Below, piece after piece: positions 45,020 through 56,931 of a stretch of DNA of 64,000 nt. Both the position numbers and the translations under genes were made by a program. The stretch is from Lytechinus pictus (taxonomy: Eukaryota): NCBI RefSeq assembly GCF_037042905.1, contig NC_087252.1, positions 15,874,001 through 15,938,000 of the forward strand. Reading direction: 5' to 3'. The number at the start of each line of letters is the position of its first letter. The stretch's first letter is position 1. The notes beneath the pieces are model-generated. The model did not search any database. It saw nothing but the letters and a program-made list of their open reading frames with translations, and was not told the origin of the DNA.

Positions 45020-45470
45020 TAGCCAGGAGGCTTCTAGAGAGTAAAAATCATTTACTAACGTAAGGTTACTCTCCACGAAGCTAGGTATCCTTATCCATTC
45101 ACGTGCGTGTAGACGCGTGCGTTGGGTAACGTTGGCGAAGAACAATAGGAAACAAGATGGCGGCGTAAACATCGGGCAAGTCTCTACCGTCTTGTCATGA
45201 TATTTTTCTCATTTTTTTGATGAATTCTTTTTTTTTATGAATTCTTCATTAAAAATAAAATCGATGGCGCAGAAATGTCAGAAATGAAGTTGCATCCCAT
45301 GTACATGATTTAGGGCTCGATCTTTTTTTAGAAGGAAAGTAGAAATCTCGGGGGCGAAAGTTTCAGGTTTTGGCGGCCTACACGCACGTGTATGGATAAG
45401 GATACCTGGCTTCGTTGAGAGTAACCTTACGTTAGTAAATTATTTTTACTCTCTAGAAGCCTCCTGGCTA
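45020..45470. mobile_element. hAT-like MITE with ~90-bp TIRs and 8-bp TSD catacatg
   Basis: catacatg|tagccaggaggcttctagagag ... ctctctagaagcctcctggcta|catacatg. Confidence 0.75.
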
Positions 45471-46127
45471 CATACATGTAAGTGGAGCGTAGGGTAGCGG
45501 TGCCGGTAGTGAAGTGGAGTCTTGAGGACTCCGTGAGCATATTTTTTATGATTTTGATATTGTCATAACTCACAGAGTCTTGACAAGGCATCCTATCTCA
45601 GTGTGGAGAAGATACTAGTCCAGAAGGAAATTCCCTTCATATTTAACATTAGAACTAGTGGTCCATTTATAGACCAAAATTTTATTAAATTGCATACCCG
45701 TATTCTCCTAATGCATGTAAAGGGATCATAGTTTCCCCCAAAAAAATAAGAAAAATAAGAGTTTTCTTACCAGACCAATGTCATGTATCCATATTGTAAA
45801 CACTGCGATACAATAGACTGACCCTTGAACCCGCTTTCATATGACGTACACGTACGTACCACATACGTAGCGGCACTAGGAAGTGCCATTTTGAAAAAAA
45901 ATCATAGATTAAAAATGTTTTTTATTAAATCATAAAATGTAAATATTGATTGTAAATAATCATTCTTGTAATAACAAGGCAAGCGTTGTCTCGCCTGCAT
46001 ATTGCAGTCATGAAGAGACTGCATGTCAAAACTATGCTGACTTCTGAGGCTGTCAGCCGTTTAGGGGGTGAATTGTGGTTCTGACAGTTTACATATGCAT
46101 TAATGGTATAGGCCTACTTTATCCCTA

Positions 46128-49100
46128 TAGTCAGGTCCAGATTTGAGAAAAGTAGACTGCCTTAGGCAAATCGTGTTAATGCTGAATTGAGAAGTGTTTT
46201 AGCATAATTCGAGGGCGCTGAGTCCAAATTTGCTGTTTGCCAACCTTGATTTTGATGTTAAAATCCTCAAATTGGCAAAAACAATATGGCCGCCATTCTA
46301 CACCCATTTTTACTCTATTCTGACCCCCAAAACTTGTAACAAAAATGTTTGTCAACGATTTTTGGTACTATTTGATCTCAGGAATAACATACTAAAAATC
46401 CATCGAGATCCGGATCCGGGAAAGTGGTTATTTTTAAGATGGCGTCTAAGATGGCCGCCATCAACTGAAAATTAAATAACCGGCATTTTTCTACCCTAGA
46501 CACCTTTTTTCGGTGCATACATGTATTCAATGGTGTAGGGGATGAAAGGAAAGAGTGAACATATGCACTCCATGGTACCTGAAAATCAGAGATTGCGTAA
46601 AAATGGCTGCCATGGCCTAAAAATTCACAATTCATCTATTACCTATTTTAGTGTCTTTTATTTCGGTTTAATTCATTGGTGATTTTCAAGGGTCAAGAAG
46701 TAAACTGGGACAAGTTATAAGGACAGTCAATGGTCCACTATTTCCAAAAATCCAAGATGGCTTTCAAAATTGGAGTCTAAAATAGCTGTTGTTGTCTAAA
46801 AACCCTAAAACCCGACATAGTTTGTTTAATATCTGCCTTGGGGATATGATGTTGGTGCCTAACCTATCATTTAATGGGTCAAGAAATACGTTGGGACAAG
46901 TAACAAAGATAGTCTATGGTCCTCCATGTCCAAAAATCCAAGATAGTTTGCAAAAATGGAGTATAAAATGTGTGTCGTTAATTACAAACCGACATAGTTT
47001 GTTTAATAATCGCCTGGAGAATATGATGTTTTAGTATAAAGCATGGTTTAAAGGGTCAAGTATTAGATTGGGACAAGTTACAAGGACAGTTAGTGGTTCC
47101 AGTATGTCCAAAAATCAATAATGGCTCCAAAAATTGAGTCTATATAGGCCGTTCTTACCGAAAAAGTGACATAGTTTGTTTAATATCAGCCTGGGGTATA
47201 TGATTTGGTGTTGTAACCCATGGTTTAAAGGGTCAAGTAATAAATTATGACAAGTTACATGGACAGCCAGAGGTCCAGCATGTCCAGGAATTCAAAAAGA
47301 CTTCCAAAATTGGAGTCTAAAATGGCTATTGTTACCCAAAAACTGACATAGTTTGTTTAATATCCGCCTGGGGTGTATGATTATGTTGTCTAAACCTTGG
47401 TTTAAATGGTCAAGTAATACATTAGGATAAGTTACAAGGGCAATCAATGGTCCCGTATGTCTAAAAATCAAAGATGGCTTCCAATTAAGGAGTCTAAAAT
47501 GGCAGAGCTATACTTAAAAATTGACATAATCTATTTAGAATCCATCTGGGAGATATGATTTTGGTGTCTACACTACGGTTTCAAGGGTTAAATAATACTT
47601 TTTTGATTAATTAACATTGGCATGAAGCTGCCTATTTTACCTATTATTTAAAGATCGCTTTCAATGAGTCTAAAAGACTTCCGTCACCTAAACATAGTCA
47701 TAATTAGGTGAACAAAATCTACACTTTTGTGGTTTGAAGGCTGAAATAATAAATCGGGACAAATCAAAAGGATGGTCAGTTTTTCTTTTTGTCGTAAAAA
47801 GTCCAAATCGACTTCTAAAATTGCGTAAAAATGACTTATGTCCCCTAATCTTGAAACCATAGGATGGTCCTAAGCACATAAATGACATGTCTTGAAATAC
47901 TTAACAGTGAATTATGGAACTTTTTAGGCAAAGTGTACCTTAGTTTTAAAGTTTGTTTTTCGGATGTTTGCTTATTGTTGCACCACCATCTAATGATATT
48001 ATGTCACTAATTCTTGTAAAACGTATTTAAAAAGTCTTAAAAACAGAGACACCAAAATAGTGGCACTAGAATGGATATGAAGTATTGTCATTTTTGTATT
48101 AATGGTGGCCAATTCAAATGTAATTTTTTGAGCTTTCTTCATTATTTTACAAAATGGACAACGTTGTATCCATGTGATTCGTCTTCACCTATATTATTTG
48201 AACTTTGAAACCATGAGGAAGACACAAAAATGTTTCTAGGTAGATAGTATATGCACTCAGTGCAGCCAGATTTTTAAGAAACAACTATCTTTTAGGCCGT
48301 CATCATGTTTTTTGCAACACTGCACCACTGATAAACCTTGAAATTTTTCCATTGTAAGTTTTTCCCTTTGGAACCATGATTTTTTTATATGTTTTATTTT
48401 ATTCTCGGTAGACCCCAAAGGTATTTCTACCAGGTGTATATATTATGAATTTGGACCATTTCAAAGATACAATGTCCAGACGTCCATTATAGACGTCAGT
48501 TTGGAAGGTCATCTTGGATTCGCTGACACACTCACTATCTTGTAAACCTGTCCTGATTCATTATTTGCCTAGAAAGCTTTTTGGTGGTTTTGATTTTGAG
48601 GATTCACTTTATTTTTGGAGGTAATGGTACAACGGCTGCCGTTGTGGACGCCATGCTGGCATATCGAAAACTTGCATACAGTGTAGCGGACATGTAAAAA
48701 CATAGCAGACGACGTTTGCAGACCTCGCGATCATCGTATGACTAGCGGTGCAGAATGTTCCATTGTGGCTTTATGGGGGAGATAGCATTACAGAGGGATA
48801 AAATGTATACACAAATAATGTTTCAGCGTTGATTCACAATATTTTGTGTCGATTTCATAAATTATTGTTGTTTGAACATTTAAAACATAATTATAAAGTG
48901 AAAGGAATAAGCAAAACTTAATTTTCAGACTTACCTATGCAGTGGTAAGCTAGGATGCACCCCTCGTATACATAATTGACCCGTCACAGTTTTCAGAGAC
49001 ATATCCAACTTTCAGAGAATAAAATTGATTTTTGTTGGCAAAAATAACGGTATCTGATTTATTTATATCTATAGTTCGGACTGACAATGTATATATATTT

Positions 49101-50416
49101 ATACATACCTAATAAAATGTTCAGCACTGCAATGGAAAGAGCTAGAAAACCGCTGTGACTCGAACAACACACCGACGTACCAAGGAGAGTGATATCTCCT
49201 TGGACGTACACAAAAACTCTGTCCAGCCCTATGTTGAATGCACGTCGAGTGTAGGATTGCTCTTCGGACATCACTATCACAAAGAAAATCTCCTCTGATT
49301 TGATGATAAAAGTGCACTATTTCCTTATTAACCAATCTCCGTGGTTCTTTAATGAGTATTTGCCTTACAATGTGCCCTTTATTATCATCTGGGCGGAAAT
49401 TATTGATACCATCACCCACCGATGTGACGACGTTTATAATCCACCCGGGTACTATAAAAATGTCCCCCAAACCCATTATCCCAATACATATTCCTGACTA
49501 TGGATGGTTTTGAGTGATTTTAATGTAATAAAGTGCCACATTTCCCACCAATTGAATTTAAAAAAAAGTTATGGTCATCTGATAGAAGAAGTTGTTAACA
49601 TTCATTTCAGGGGGGCGGAAATTCTATATGAATCAACACTTGTCCTTGATACACATTTGTTTGTGAAAAAAGGGTATGATGCAAGGGTATTCTGCGTGTT
49701 ATAAGGGTGCGCGCGTGCAGCGAGGACCTTCTGTCCGCTAGTTTTCCATATGTTTCCATGTAACCTTGACGACCTTTTTTAAACTATATTACCTGTCTCA
49801 ATAGATTTTTAAAATCCTAACATGCCTAAGTTTCATGAAAAAGACATCTATACCCTAAAAGTTATGACATTTCAAAAACTTAATCCCGGTTAAGATTTGA
49901 TGTTGATTTCGCCGCCGCCATGATCATCGCCGCCGTCGGAAAAGCGACGTCCATATCATGCTTCTGCTGTGCAGGCAAGGAAAAAATGGCGGACACGTTA
50001 AAGATATCACAATGTGAATATGCCAGCATCGCCCCAAAATTATCAAACATTGGCCATATTATTTATCAATCAGCAGCTGTGAATCATGGCAGCCATCTTG
50101 GAATTAAAGATGGCTGACGAATCAATCGATCGGACACATTATGTTTTCAACCCTGGGTATCGAAAATAACGCGTAGATCCCAATTTCTGAAATACAATCA
50201 CCCATAAAAATCGTTTAATATGGGAAATTGCTTTTAAAATGCCGCCATTTTGTTTTTTGCCGATTTGAGGATGAAAACGTCGGAATCAAGTTTGGCAAAC
50301 AGCATTTTTGGATTCAGCACCCCTGAATTACCTTAAAACAATTGATAAATCAGCATTAACACAAAATGCCTAGAGCACTTTTTCTGAGCACATTTTTTAA
50401 AATCTGGACCTGACTA
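46128..50416. mobile_element. ~4.3-kb non-autonomous DNA element with ~170-bp imperfect TIRs
   Basis: cta|tagtcaggtccagattt ... aaatctggacctgacta|cta; subterminal similarity extends ~170 bp. Confidence 0.8.
46685..47600. repeat. ~178-bp tandem repeat, about 5 units
   Basis: gggtcaag...gggacaagttac...tggtcc...aaaatc.aagatggc recurring near 46690, 46875, 47052, 47230, 47407, 47584. Confidence 0.8.
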
Positions 50417-50934
50417 CTAGAAAATCAGACAACACCAAGAATGCTGTGAATACTATGAAGCTATAATTATTTCCATGCAAGTAAGGAAATGAATGTTAGT
50501 GAAAAAGAATGTAAATGATAATAATGTGAGTAAAATTGTAAAATTAAATTAATTATTAAGGTCTTATGGCAAACTTATTGTTTGAAAAAATGGAGGAAAG
50601 GTTGTGCATGAAAGATAAATATAAAAACTTATTGTGTGTGATTTTTAGCCATCTTGCCTTCACTTAAGTAGTAGGGTTTTCTAAATTGATCTGTGTGCAT
50701 ATGATAAGTAAATGATGCAAGAGTGAAGTACTACAAGCTATAGAAAGTTATTGTGTGTACAACACAGCACAGTGCCAGTCAGGGAAAGTTCATTGACCTT
50801 TGACCTTATTCAAATTCGACTCATATTCGAACTTGACCTGTGCCTAGTGCTGTAGCCGAACCGAACGGAAGTTCGCCGAACTTGGCACTTCCGAACCGGA
50901 CCGAACCGAACACAAAGGACTGGTTCGGAAGTTC

Positions 50935-50968
<34 letters not shown>

Positions 50969-51679
50969 ACAATGCATAAATTCGATGACTACATAGATTT
51001 AAGTATAAAATTTAAAAAAAAAAATTATTGGTTAGTGATTGTGCACAAAAAAAATTCCACTCAATATATTTTCAAAATCCACTATGATAGCTCCCATCTC
51101 GTCTTTGATTGAACTGTCATGAACTTAAGAATATTTTATTAACATGAATATATTTTTTCTTGATAAAATGAGGGGACATTTTGAAGCTAAACTCGGTATA
51201 AAAGTGTGGTGTAATTACGTATTGCCGTAATCGATCGTGATCGTAATCGGACCTAATCATTTTGTATTTAATAAAGAAAAAGAACAAGACATTATTCATT
51301 CCTCGTAAATGACAAAGTATGACAGCTTCGGTCTCGTGTTTGATTAAATTTTTATCATTTTCATTTTTTTTTTATAAACATGAATTTATTTTTTCTTCGT
51401 AAAATGTGAGGACATTTTAAGCTTAACTCATTTAAAAAGTGTAGTTGAATTACGTATTGTTGTAATCGGAGGTACATTTAATTGTTTTGTGTTTAAAAAA
51501 GAAAAAGACAAGACATGAATTAATTCCTTGTGACTGACAAAGTAATGGTAAAGTATATATATTCTGAAATTTCCATATTAATATAAAATATAAATAAATA
51601 AGAGATGAAGGAATGAGGTTGAAAAAACAGAAAAGATAAAAATTGAAACCAAATGAACGCATGTTCCCTGATCAATGTT

Positions 51680-52160
51680 CCGGAAATGGTTGTTAAGGAA
51701 AGTTGAAACAGGACGTTCCAAACAACCTGCTCTCAGTTGCTATTATACAGGTAAAATTCTTATTCCGAACTTGAAATGTTTTTCCCTTGTCAATATTTTC
51801 TAAAAAGTGAATTAATCTGGTCAAATACTGAAAATAAAATGATAAATTATCAGTTCCGTCTTAGTTCTGACGATCAACGCCGAGTGATTTCACACTAAAA
51901 TACACAGTACAGTCCCATGTACTCATTTTCGTGTTGGAAATATGTTTGAAGTCACGTAGCGTCGATCTTTCTGGACCAAGAATGGACTGATATTTTATCT
52001 TTTTAAAGTAATTGATTGACCAGATTTAACCACTTTTCAGAAAATAGGGACTTTCTAAAACATTTCATATTCTTTGGAATGTGAATTTTACCAGTATAAT
52101 AACAGTTGAGTGGAGGTTGTTTGTCTACTGTTTCGACATTCCCGATCAACACTTTCCAAT
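51680..52160. repeat. Degenerate inverted repeat (old foldback MITE)
   Basis: aacaacct..tattatacaggtaaaattc..aatctggtcaa versus ttgaccagatt..gaattttaccagtataata..aggttgtt. Confidence 0.6.
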
Positions 52161-53787
52161 TTGAGAAGCTGCGTTGGCAATGACATTGTAATCGATCATG
52201 ATCATAGCTACATGAAATAATCGTAAAAAAAAATATTCTGATCTTTGTAATTCTGTTTCTGTCCTGATTCTCTCTTTATCAATAGTTTTTTCTTTTGATT
52301 TTTTTTTATTTTCATTTTAAAAATGAAAGTAGAAATGACTTATTTTTTGTTTAAATTTAGAACAAAAGAAAGTTATGCAACAATTTTCATAACTATTCTT
52401 TTTAGAAACAAAATTTATTATAAATGCATGGCAGATCGTTCGCAAGATAATAAGTTCTAAGTACATGATTTAGAGCTAAGTTCTACGTTACGGACGCGAG
52501 CGTCGCGTAACGTTGGGGAAGTACAATAAGAAACAAGATGGCGGCGTAAACATCGGGCAAGTCTCTTCCGTCTTTTCACAATATTTTTTCATTTTCTGAT
52601 GAATTCTTGTTTTAAAAATAACGACGAGAGCGTAGAAATGTCGGAAATGAAGTTTTATCCCATGTATGGCAGTGTATCCTATTGCCTGACACCTTTATTT
52701 CAGTGCTTTAAAAATGACAACTAGAGGAAATAAAATCAAGAAAAATTCAAACTTGCTATTCCAAATATTATGAAAATTATGAGTATGATAAAATTATTTT
52801 ATATTTACCAACCATTTTCTTTGCATCGCACTTGCCGCATACCCCTCCACGAAAAACAATTATTTTCGTGCGCGACAAATTACATCATGATTCCGGACGC
52901 GCGCCGGACGGGTAAAGATATCCTTGATTATAATGATGTAAGAACAACTTTTGTGATTTTTTTCTTCTTATATCATGAGTAAATTCTAAGTATTATTTGC
53001 TTTTTTATATCGAATCTGAGCAGATGTTGGTAATAAATTCGTGTTTGATAACTTATTTTATTTTGTCTTGTTAGCTGCATGTTCCATGGCACTTTCCAAT
53101 AATAATATGCTCGCGTTCGTATCGTGACGCTCATCAAGTACTATCGATGCGCTGCCGATCGACGGCTCTACTCACGCTAAACCTCGCGCACGGGTACCTT
53201 GAGAACTAGCCGTCGACGATCACCCACAATACACCACACCTCATCATTCGATCGAAGGAGTGGACGAGATTGAAATTCGGCAAATCAGGCCCATATTTCC
53301 GTTAGAAAATATATCAATTGTTAATACAAAACTATGTTATATGATATTTTAAGCATTTTCTGTCATTTTTAGAGATAATTAGGTAAAAGTTTGATTTTTC
53401 GCCTTGTTTTTGCACTCTTGTTCTATGTATTGCTCTGTGAAATTGAATTGCGGAAGTCTTATGGTACGAATTTGTTTTAGAACGCAGTAATATGCGCGTC
53501 CGGAATCATAATAGTGTCCGGTAATACAATACGTGACTATACTGTTATGATTTAGAGCTAGATCTTTTAGAAGGAAAGTAGAAATCTCGGGGGTGAAAGT
53601 TTCAGGTTTTGGCTTCCATTGTGTGGGTCTATGGGATAGAAGGCCTGGCTTCGTATGAGAGTGACCTTACGTTAGTAAATGATTTTTACTCTCTAAGTTA
53701 GAAGCCGCCTGGCTAGTCCTCAAGACTGGGGTAACTCACCGGTACCGCGTACTGCCTGGTATAGTACCTCTAAGCTACGCTACGCCG

Positions 53788-55812
53788 CACAGTGGGCCAG
53801 GAGAGAGCAAAAGTGCGCAAAAACTGGTTTTTGGTCATGAAACAAATTTTGTTTTTTTACGTTCTAAGCAAAGATAAGAACCTGTAGAATGCCTCTGTAC
53901 AATATTTCTCCATTAAATTGAATATTAGTTGCCCATTTGTTACCGGAAAATGACTCTTTACGGCTACAGCATGTGTAAATGACACGTTTTAGATATTTCA
54001 CTGTTTTAACAAAACGGATTGCTTAATTTATTTCTAATTCACGGTGCTCTTTGATGAATAATTGTTTTAAGTGATCAAAGATTTTCAAGATAAAATAATA
54101 ATCCCTTCAGAGGCAATTTTGGACGAAACCATTTGACAATGGGGGTGTTTTAGCATTTTTTTTTTTCATAAGCATTTCTTTTACAAATTGCTGCGCTGTA
54201 AATACCATGGCGGTCTTTGTTATAGTTCATGCTTTACACTGATACCAAATTTAGCTGCATATACGTGCATTTTCTGTAGATATAACCAATTTTCCAACCA
54301 CATGTTCGCCGTATTTATCACAAAAATCGGTCCAAGTTACTGTCCCATTATGCGCGTGCATGCCGAACGTTGCGGGTGACATTAAACGTCAAACTCCCCG
54401 TCGCGTTCTGGGAGAGAGAGAGAGAGGGGGGGGGGGTGTCTAGCTGGCTCAAGTGTGTGGCTCTTGTGACTGGTGTCTGCCTTTAAAATATTTTCGTTAA
54501 ACATACGTAAAGGCAAGCTTTCATTTCCAATTCCACTAACTATATAATAATACATGTAACGCAACTTCATTTTGATGCCAAACTGTTCCATCCTGTGTTC
54601 CATATCTGATATGCTGTCATACTGAGAAGATTAATTCTTCAGGTTAGATTCCCGGGTAAGATTATATATTTGGTTTGTTGTTCATAAACCAAGTAGAGGC
54701 TACTGTATATCGCTATAACACACATGACTAGGGATGTGATAGGTCTCTCGCAGTTTTCTGACAAAATATGAAAATGTGTATATGACACAGATGGGATATA
54801 CGTGGGCTCTATTAGTATTACATGTATAAATTGTATTATCATTATTAGTATTTATCCCCCAAAAGGGTTTGTAACTTCACATACACGTATGAACTCGTTT
54901 ATATCTTGGCTCATTCTAAATTTGCTATAATTGTTGGTATCGATCAATAGACAATAAGGAAGTGTATATTATCATTTCAATGATTGTTTGGTTTATGATT
55001 CTCATTGACTTTATATGTATTCCACATGCTAATGGTAACACTAACACTAACAGGGGACATTGTGATTAGGAGCAAGTTTTTAAGAGTACAACAATCACAG
55101 CCTCTTCCCCCTGATGTTCAAAGTATGCTAAAAAGATCTTCTCACCAAAGACATAATAGTTGTTGAGATAGTATTAGTAGAGAGAGACTCTGATTCGGAA
55201 TAACTTTGTATACGCCGTTCTTGGTGGTAGGCCTTGTACTGATTAACCTGCAGAGGACCCGGCCTCTAATCACTGGTATCAATATTTTAAAGATTTCACT
55301 GTCCACTTCTGGTATCAATCCATTTTAATTCATGTACTATGTAGGTGTGGTTAATCATTGACATTGTACACAGACCACAGTCACAGGGAATAAAAATACT
55401 CCTTTTCATTTTTTTTTTACAATTTCACTTTGAATTTTACAATTCCGGATTCATGGTAGGACGCCCTCTTTAAGCGATACTCAGGTCACCAATTTAATTA
55501 TTTGTACCCCGAGCACAGACTTTTCTGGTTTGGTTGCCTGTTTGCTGATATGCTTAATTATTGCTGAAATTTATCTAAAACTAGTTTCTGAAAATTTGAA
55601 ACTTATTGTAGAATTAGAAACATGTAATTTCTGCTCAAATGTTAACAGCCAATCAGAAAACAGTATTTTAACGACGTCATCAATATTTGAAAATACTTTT
55701 ATTGAATTCTACGGGTGAAATTACCCCTATCTACCAAATTTATTCATACAAATGTGTGAACCTGGTGAATAATGGGTTTTGGCGCACTTTGGGTTCATTC
55801 TGGCCCACTGTG
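53788..55812. mobile_element. Non-autonomous Transib-like transposon with RSS-like ends
   Basis: cgccg|CACAGTGGGCCAG ... CTGGCCCACTGTG|cgccg: 5-bp GC-rich TSD and exact RSS heptamer at both ends; no long ORF inside. Confidence 0.85.
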
Positions 55813-56486
55813 CGCCGGCCCGTGCCGCGTTTCCACCCCGCAAACCACGTACCGGTAAAGGTCAAACTCAGTCAAAGCGCTAGTTTCCAATCTCTCTTTA
55901 ACAAATCAGACTCTTTCTTCCTCAAACGACAAGGGGCTTACCACATAATGAACTTTAGGCTGTTCCCAAATATAGTCCTACCAAGTTAGCGCATAAAAAA
56001 GAACGAAATTGGGGTTTCTCTAACACTAACAGAGCCAGAGTTCAGAGGATGCGACTCAGTCCATCTGCCACATAGAAATGCGTAGAATCTGCCATGATAT
56101 CCCATTAGCCCTCTACGTTCATCTGCATCCAGGCCTAGGCTTGGCGCAGCTCACAGAAATACAATCATACAATACTGCAGGCCGGCAGCAGGCCTGGGGA
56201 TTCCCCTGGGACCTGGCCTTATGACACAACGGGCGGGGGGGGGGGGGGGGGGGCGTTGCAGAAAAGTTATTATCATCCCTCAATCATGGTAATTTTGCCA
56301 TCCAATAGTAACTTCCCTGAAATTTTTATTTTGATTGGCTGTCAAGGATTGTTGACGTGGTATTAGCGATTAATCATGGTATAAATTTCTTCTTTCGATT
56401 GTCGCACACACTTTATATAGGCCTGTATAATTGAAGATAAGATCATATTCAAAATATATACATGCAAAGAGGGGGAGACCTTCAAG

Positions 56487-56931
56487 CCCGGGGGGGCACT
56501 CCGTATATAATATATATGCATTGTGGGATGTGCCGCGGAGGGGACCCCCATTTTTACACTCAAATTTCCGTTCCGAGGAACAAAGAAAGCCGCTCCAGGG
56601 CTTCGCATATTTTCCGTTACGCCGTTCCGGTCGCAATTTTGGTGAAAAGCGGCCGCAGCTAGCTCGCTGTCCGACCATCGCCTCTGCGCTAGCGCACCCG
56701 TCATGCAGTCGTGCCGCCGGGCTAGCTGCATGTACGTTCCATAGGGATGCATACGCACTCGCACGCAGGCGACCCGTTCCAAGGACCCCCGTTTTCACAA
56801 ACATTTGTAGTTCCGAAGTCCGTTCCGAGGACCCTCCTTTTTACATTTAGCCCGCTCCAAGGCCCCCATTTTTTGTCTCGCCCGCGGCACACCCGGCCCT
56901 ACCAATTTTTTGGTCGAGTGCCCCCCCCGGG
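56487..56931. mobile_element. GC-rich MITE with 8-bp TSD ccttcaag
   Basis: ccttcaag|cccgggggggcactc ... gagtgccccccccggg|ccttcaag. Confidence 0.8.

Noticed and set aside
25176..46000. KRAB, PR/SET, BTB or ZAD effector-domain exon for the ZNF gene
   Set aside because: No such motif seen in any frame I could read; the ATG-containing exon was not identified, so absence is not proven
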